This document shows, one piece after another, positions 57,219-64,000 of a DNA stretch of 64,000 bases (positions are counted from its first letter, which is position 1; every line of letters starts with the position of its first letter). The DNA is taken from positions 10,913 through 74,912 of the forward strand of contig JBKGYN010000002.1 in the NCBI GenBank assembly GCA_046546105.1. Direction: 5' to 3'. The stretch comes from Candidatus Woesearchaeota archaeon (GTDB lineage: Archaea > Nanobdellota > Nanobdellia > Woesearchaeales > SKGA01). The notes under the pieces were generated by a model. The model did no database searches, had not been told where the DNA came from, and saw only the letters and a program-made list of their open reading frames with translations. The position numbers and the translations under genes were made by a program.

Positions 57219-57956
57219 TTATTGTGTGTTTTGATTTTTTTTTGAAGCTGTTCGATTCCGGCTCAGTTCTCCCAGATCGATAAGAGTTCCTTCGGGACCG
57301 GGATTATGCAGTATGGTTTCGCCGATGAGGTCGTACTCACCCTCGCATTCGTGGATGTGGCCTGAAAACACTATTAGTGGTTCGTAGGCTTCGATGAATT
57401 CCCTATAACTCTCGCTTCCTGAATGGTGGTTGTCAAACGGGATATCGAGTCTTGTTTCGGCAGGCGGCCCGTGCAGTAGCACTACGGTCTTGTGCGGTTC
57501 TTTAAGTTCTTTGCTTGATTTTTCGAAACTTGTTTCGAACTCTTCGTCGTGCTTGGAGAACCCGTCTCCCCCATAGCCTATGATTGTGAATTCGCCTGCT
57601 TTCACTTGTTGCTTGTGCACATATGTGATGTTCGTATGCTTTTTCACGGCCTGTTTCATCTCATCTTCTGTCTCGTGGTTGCCGTGTATGAGATATACTG
57701 GTGCCGGGAATTCGTCGAGTATTGTGAGCATGTAGTTGAGTTCTTCTCCAAAGATCGTGAGATCGCCTAGGCAGAACACTGTTTCGGCCTGTTCTGCTTT
57801 TCGCTTGAGGATTTCAAGCATGAACGCGTCCCCATGAGTATCTCCGAATATCAGCGCTTTCATCACGATCACTGTCTTCCCGACATCTTTTCTTGTTAGC
57901 GGTGGGGTTGTGGGTGTGCTTATCATATAAAATTGTTTTCCATGAGGTATTTTCAT
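57219..57956 (-). CDS. calcineurin-like metallophosphoesterase
   Basis: GDTHG, GDLTIFGEE, GNHE, GHIH motifs. Confidence 0.75.
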   Translation of the reverse strand: MKIPHGKQFYMISTPTTPPLTRKDVGKTVIVMKALIFGDTHGDAFMLEILKRKAEQAETVFCLGDLTIFGEELNYMLTILDEFPAPVYLIHGNHETEDEMKQAVKKHTNITYVHKQQVKAGEFTIIGYGGDGFSKHDEEFETSFEKSSKELKEPHKTVVLLHGPPAETRLDIPFDNHHSGSESYREFIEAYEPLIVFSGHIHECEGEYDLIGETILHNPGPEGTLIDLGELSRNRTASKKNQNTQ

Positions 57957-58433
57957 TTCGTTGCGTTGAGTGGTTTTCGGGTTTTTTGAAAGTTTTTAAG
58001 GTTCTCTTTTTAGATTTTGATTTGTTTTTGTCGTTTTTTAGAGTTTTTTGTTTGTAATGGAGTTTTTATGATTGTTTAAAAACTTAAAATAGTCTTTTTT
58101 AGTTTAAAGAAGATTAAATAAGTTTTATTTTGTGTTATGGATTTTTGAAGTTCTTAATTCATTGTATATAACTATTTTCTTTCGTATAGAAACGTTTATA
58201 AATACCAGTGGTTGAATTTGTTGTATAACGTTGTGTGTGAGGTGTATTACTGATAATTCCTACAAAAGAAGAGTTTCTGGATTTTCTGAAAGATAACCCT
58301 CATCAGACATACACCTCTATTTCTAAGCATTTTGACATTGAGATGGGCACGGTGCGTGATCTAGTCCGGTTTTATGGTGACGAGCTCAAGATCCGAAAGA
58401 TAGGGACTGCATTGATGGTGGACGTGAAAGAAT

Positions 58434-61400
58434 GACTTTAGAGACTAACTTGCGGAAGCTTGTCTTTCTCATTGCGCTAGCTGTGCTTCTCACGTTGAGT
58501 GTCAGCTTGGTCTCTGCTGTGATAACGAATGTTACGCTTCACGAGCCTGTGAACGGTAGTTCTCATGATCGGTCGGACTCATTCTTTAATTTCACCTCAA
58601 CCTCTGACTCGGATTCTTATTATTCGTGTAATCTATCCATTGATTCTAATTTCGTTGATGGTGACGATCTCGTTCAGAATAACACTGTCACATCATTTTC
58701 CCATACGGTTGCTGATGGTACTCACAACTGGTCTGTTTGGTGTAATGACACAGATTCTTCCCAATCCTCTCCTTTGCGGTATTTCACTGTTGATACAACC
58801 CCTCCTGATGTGGGTTTGATCGGCCCTTCGAATAACTACAACTCCTCTTCTGAGGATATCGGCTTTGAATTTAATGTCACAGATAATGTTACTGATTCTC
58901 TGGATTGCAGTGTCTATATTGATGGTACGTTAAACCGAACTTTCGACAACCTCTCTAACGGTGAACATCTCCAGTTCAGCGTTGATGATGTTGAAACAGG
59001 ATTCCATGATTGGAATGTGTCTTGTGTCGATGAACTTGATAACACTGGTTTTTCGGAAACACGAAATTTCACTGTTGACACTCAAGAACCTCAAATATCT
59101 CTGCATGAGCCTATCCCGGGTGGAAATTCCTCATCTTCCGATGTCGATTTCAATTTCACCGTCTCTGATGATCTTGCCTCTTCCCTCGATTGTGATCTTG
59201 ATATTGATGGTTCTACTGAAAGATCTGATAATTTGACGAATGGAACTTCAAATCTGTTTTCCGTGAGTGGTGTGGTTGATGGCGTCCACCGATGGAATGT
59301 CTCGTGCATTGATGATGCAGGCAATGAAGGAGTCTCTTCGCTACGGAATTTCACTGTTGACACCACGCCTCCAAATATCAGTATTACCAATGAATCTGAA
59401 GAGTATATCTCCGAGGATAATTTCGAAGTCTGTTTCGAATCCTACGATAAGTATTTTTCTCCATCTGATTGCTCTTTTATCTTGGATGGTGAGATGATCG
59501 ATGCTGTTAGCGTCAGTAATGAAGGGACTGGAAATTTTGAGGCTTCCAACCTTTCTGAAGGACAACATGATTGGGATCTCAATTGTTCTGACCAGCTTGA
59601 AAATATGTATTCGATCTCCAAAACGACTATCGTTGATTTTTCAGATCCTGATGTTTCATTAGTCTCACCTTCGCATGATGCTGTTATAACTCCGGATGAT
59701 GACTTCGAATTCAAGGTCAACGATAGTGTTCCAGAAACTTTCTGCAGTCTATACATTGATGGTTCGGTTAATAAGACTGATGATTTTGTTGCAGATGGTA
59801 GAACCACTAATTCATTTTCCGCTTCGGATCTTTCTGATGACGTACATACATGGTGGGTTTTTTGTGATGATGGTCTCGGTCATGATAGTGATTCGGACTC
59901 AAGAGATGTTTTTGTCGATAGATCGGGACCTGTTATCTCCATTGACGAACCTTCTGACGGTGAATTTATTGATCAAGACTCTACTATGATAACATTTTCC
60001 GCTGTCGATGAAAAATCTTCTTTGGATTCATGCGAGTTTTATTTTGACGGTGAATTGAATCAGACAAACACAACTGCAAATGATAGCGAAACAATATCTT
60101 TTCCAGTGACTAACATTTCTCAAGACAAACACTCTTGGCGTTTATCTTGTAATGATACGAATGGTTTTGTATCGAATACGACTCTATACGATCTTTATTA
60201 TGACACTACTCGTCCTTCAATTGAAGAGGCGACCGGTCCTTCGATTGCAGGTGTGGATGTGCCAGTCGGTTTCTCGCTGAAAGCTCATGATGAAATTTCC
60301 CCGTATCTTGATTGCACTCTCAATATTGATGGTTCTTCAAAAAAATCAAGCGAGGTGCCTGCTGACAATTCTTCTCATGAATTATCTCATCGTTTTGATG
60401 ATGGTGGGAATTATTCCTGGGCTTTCGAATGTACTGATGGTGGTGGGAACACATACACTGGTGATGAGCAAGATATCTTGATCGACGATACGCCACCTGT
60501 CATCCTGAATCGCTCTCCTGATGACGGAACTATTATCAAATCTTCTCGCGTTGATTTTTCAGTGGATCTGGAAGACGATGTTTCTGGCAGTAACGATATG
60601 AATTGTTCTTTTTATGTTGATGGAGAGCATGTCGGATCAAATGATTCTGACGGTGGTGTTGTGGAATTCTCGAAGGATTTCAGCACCGATGGTGAATATG
60701 ATTGGTCTGCAGTGTGTTATGATGATTTTGAAAATAAACAATCCTTGAATTCGCACTCGTTTGTTGTTGATGTAGGTCCTGATAATCCCGTGATTCGTTC
60801 GCTTCCTGAAGTTACATCTAATGCTTCCATCGATATAGTTGGGATGGTCGACACAATATTCGCCGATGATCCATTCGATTGGGTGCGGATAGTCGTCGAA
60901 AACAAGGATGGTGATATTCGAACGGCTAATACGACCGACAAGAGGCTTGGCAATTATGTTGGGGATGTTGATGTTCTTGGCTTGGGCAGTGACTCAAGCA
61001 GAGTGAGGATAAACAACACTCTCGAAGCGGAATCGCTGGTTGATGAAACAAGATTTGTCGCATTCAGTTTCCACAACAGGTCTGATTATCGATTCTATAA
61101 CATTACCGGAGTAACTGATATGGGTTCGTCCTTACGTATGAACATCACCCCTGCCTTGCCTTCAAATCTCTCCTCATACAGTGGCGATGGTCATATTTTT
61201 GAAAATCCTGCACCGACAGGTTGGTTCAACATTTCATCATTAGAACTTTTTTCGGGAATGAATGATTTCACAGTATTTGGTCAACGGGATGATGTGCGTG
61301 GAGATGTTTTATCATCTTCCATCTTCAAAGATGATGCTTCTCCCGAATTCAATCTCTCGAAACTCTCTTCTCTGAGTTCAAAGGGTGATTTCCTCACAGA

Positions 61401-64000
61401 CCTTTCTTCGCCGATGACATTTTCTGTTCACGATGATTATGGTATCGATATACAAACTTTACTCGTTAATATCAGTGATGCTAACTCAACAACTTCGTAT
61501 ACTATCTCTGGCGACTCCATTTACAACGAATCAATGGCGAGACATGCAGTCAACTGCACGACAAGTGTTCAACCTCTTGATTCAACAGAATGCAGCTTCC
61601 TGCCATCTCTTGCTGACGGCCAGTATAATTTGACATTCTCGGTCAATGATAGTTTCAATCATCGAGCTGTTGTCTCCTTGACTGATAATTTCACTGTTAA
61701 GACTGTTGTCGATCCAGTGCAAAATATATCTACACACGAGGATACTTCAACAACTGATGATGAAATAAATGTGACTTGGATTCCTCCTGATGATCCATAT
61801 CTTGATTATTATAATCTCACTATTTTCATAAGCCCTGGTGGCGAGGTTGTAAACTCTTTTATTGTTTCAGGTGACCGTTCATCTAAGGTCTTGAATGTTG
61901 ATGACTTAACATACGGCGAACGCCTCTTTGCTAGGATCTATGCAGTTGATGAACTTGGTAATCAAGGATCCCCGGTCAATGCTTCGGGTGAAGGCGTTGT
62001 CTTTGCCGATGACACTCCTCCTGTCAATCAATCGATCGAGATAATTGCTGACAAGGATAATGGCTTCAATTCAGACTCTGCTTTGCAACTCTCCTTCAAT
62101 TTCACTGATAACGAGTCTGGTGTCAAGTATTATGATTATGCGGTCGGTACGGCACCCTGCGTTTCCGGAATCTGTCAGTCGGGTTGGAACGACCTTGTTG
62201 ATGTCACTCGGGTATCGGGTTCTACTGATGAGGTCACGCTTACAGGTCTTGACCTTGCTGAAAACGAGAAATACTATCTATCTGTTCGTGCTCAGAGCGA
62301 CTATGATTATGCTGAACTATGGAGCAACTATCATTCCTCAACTCCTGTGACTGTTGATACTCAAGCGCCAGATGGCGGTTCCATTGATTACACTGTTGGC
62401 GAGTCAACCCTTTCTACTGTTGAAATCGATTACGATGTGGGTGGTGATGAGCATGGCCTTCGTTCTGATTCTTCATTGAAATATAAGCGGGCTCCTCTCT
62501 CTGATTCTGTTTGTGGCAGTTTCTCTTCTTGGAAGGCGACGAATAAATCAGTGGATGATGTCGGCAGCACCTCTTTCGCCCTTCCTGATAATGGTTGTTA
62601 CAAGTTCGGGCTCTTCGTCCATGACATGGCGGGCAACGAGCGTATCTATGAGCGCGGTAGTGTCAAGAATCTCAGTGTTGACACGACCCCTCCTTCTGAG
62701 GTCGTCTTTGTCACTGAATCTCATATCACGCACCAGACCTCCTTCGCCTTCGACTGGGAGGACAGTGTCGATCCTGAATCAGGTCTTGATCGCTACGAAT
62801 ATGCTCTCTCCACCGATCCATCCAGCAGCCGGACTGATGTGGTCGGCTGGACTGCCACTGAAAAATCATCTGTCACTCTTGATTTCCCTCCTGAAAACCT
62901 CACTAATGGCGAGACTTATTATTTGAGTGTCAGGGCCTATAATGGTATGAATGACAGCACGCCTGTAGAGACATCGCCAAGTATCTTGTATTTCGATACG
63001 ATAACACCAGAACCTTTGGTGCCTGTCAGTGTAGCTTCGGATACGAACGCTTCTGACGGCTGGGTTGACTCGAATCTGGCAAACGATTCTACGGTAATCA
63101 CTCTTTCTGGAGAAGCTGGGCTTGCAAATTGTGTTTGGAATCTGGGTGATGATTTCTCCTATGTTGATTCAGGATTGCCTTCCTGTCCTGAAATTTCTCC
63201 TGGTGTTTACGAATGTGAAGTTCCTGACTTGTCTGAAGGGGTATATGACTTCCATGTGGCTTGTCGGGATGATAACGGTAACGCCCAATCCTTTGACGAG
63301 AATACTGATCTGACTTTTCACAAGGAGATGCGTTCACCTATTCTGAACATCACTTTGCCGGAGGCTGAATCCACGCAGATATCCACTGTTGATGTCTCAT
63401 TCAATCTTACTGATGCTTCACTGGCAAACGTCACTGCTCATTTGGTCGATGTGGCGACCGGAGAAACCATTAACGGTTCGCAAATCAACTTCACAGGACT
63501 TTCAAGCGGTTCGTACAACTTCACGATGAATCTCACTGGTGCTGATCGTGAGACAAGACTTATGATGACGGCAATTGATGAGCATGCAAGGAGTTCTGGA
63601 AGAAATACTACCTTCCTGACAAACACGAACAAACCTTTTGTCAAACTTCGTGATGATGAGTCTCTTAATTCTTTCAATGCTACCGCTCTTTTTGTCAATG
63701 ATAATTTCACGATCAACCTTTCTGCATATTTTTTCAACAACATTTCCTATAACTTGACTAACAGTTCCGGTGAAATTGTTGCAGGTTGTGATGAGACGCT
63801 CTCTTTCGACTCGCTTCAGAACGACTCTGAAAGTCTTTCTCTCGATTGCTCTGTTGATAAGAGCTCGCTTGTCGATGACGAAGTGTACACGCTCTCTGCT
63901 TTCGCAAGCAACTCAAATCCTGCTGCTCCAGCCTACGAGTTGAATTATTCGATTATTGCCGACCTTGAGAAACCGATTCTTTCTTCAGGTTCTCTTTCTC
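58434..64000 (+). CDS. giant cell-surface protein (more than 1855 aa, 3' end beyond the window) built of approximately 100-aa repeat modules
   Basis: Uninterrupted frame from ATG 58434 to the window end (hand-translated; not in the ORF track because no stop lies in the window); signal peptide; modules recur as FxVxDxxSxxLDCxxxIDGS...NGT...DGVHxWNVSC(x)DxAGN...RNFTVDTTPP(N/Q)IS; very dense NxS/T sequons. Confidence 0.7.

Noticed and set aside
57957-58240. T-rich stretch with reiterated gtttt/ttttag that looks superficially array-like
   Set aside because: There are no regularly spaced identical repeats, so it is not a CRISPR array. It is more likely an AT-rich promoter or UTR region between a minus-strand gene start and the giant gene, and it contains a tttataaata TATA-like box near 58196.

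Overview
This window looks like a gene-dense (about 45% GC) archaeal chromosome segment, most likely from a DPANN-type, possibly halophilic, archaeon. The lineage call is inference from gene content and the very acidic, Asn/Ser/Thr-rich secreted proteins. The archaeal hallmarks are a proteasome-activating nucleotidase (PAN), an archaeal-type DnaG primase, the RFC large subunit, aRF1 carrying NIKS and GGQ motifs, Trm5, Dus, a Hel308-like helicase, and intron-bearing tRNAs. About half of the window encodes predicted secreted or cell-surface proteins. These include a 933-aa CARDB-like protein with a Lys/Ser-rich basic tail, a 1283-aa protein of cadherin-like repeats, and a surface protein of more than 1855 aa built from roughly 100-aa modules that runs off the window end. 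There is also a multigene surface locus at 29.3-34.6 kb containing a paralogous family with pilin-like N-termini and a cadherin-like protein with four near-identical Cys-rich repeats. Other features are a protein-glycosylation cluster (GT-C-like, GT4 and GT2 genes) and a MacB/FtsX-type ABC transporter operon with a winged-helix regulator. There is also a MoxR-DUF58-vWA operon and a PIN / HD-dNTPase / Nudix cluster. One gene is a HerA/FtsK-like ATPase split by a LAGLIDADG intein. Four tRNAs are present. tRNA-Trp(CCA) has an anticodon-loop intron, tRNA-Asn(GTT) and tRNA-Thr(GGT) are conventional, and a 160-nt element appears to be a tRNA(GAT) carrying two insertions. Both tRNA-Trp and tRNA-Thr are followed by tandem direct repeats that each begin with a copy of that tRNA's 3' end. 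Two further points are an amino-acid permease fused to a SAM-methyltransferase-like domain and a Hel308-like ORF that lacks its entire N-terminal RecA1 domain. All coordinates derive from the supplied ORF track or from hand counting, so tRNA and repeat coordinates may be off by 1-2 nt. No similarity searches or RNA-folding computations were run.
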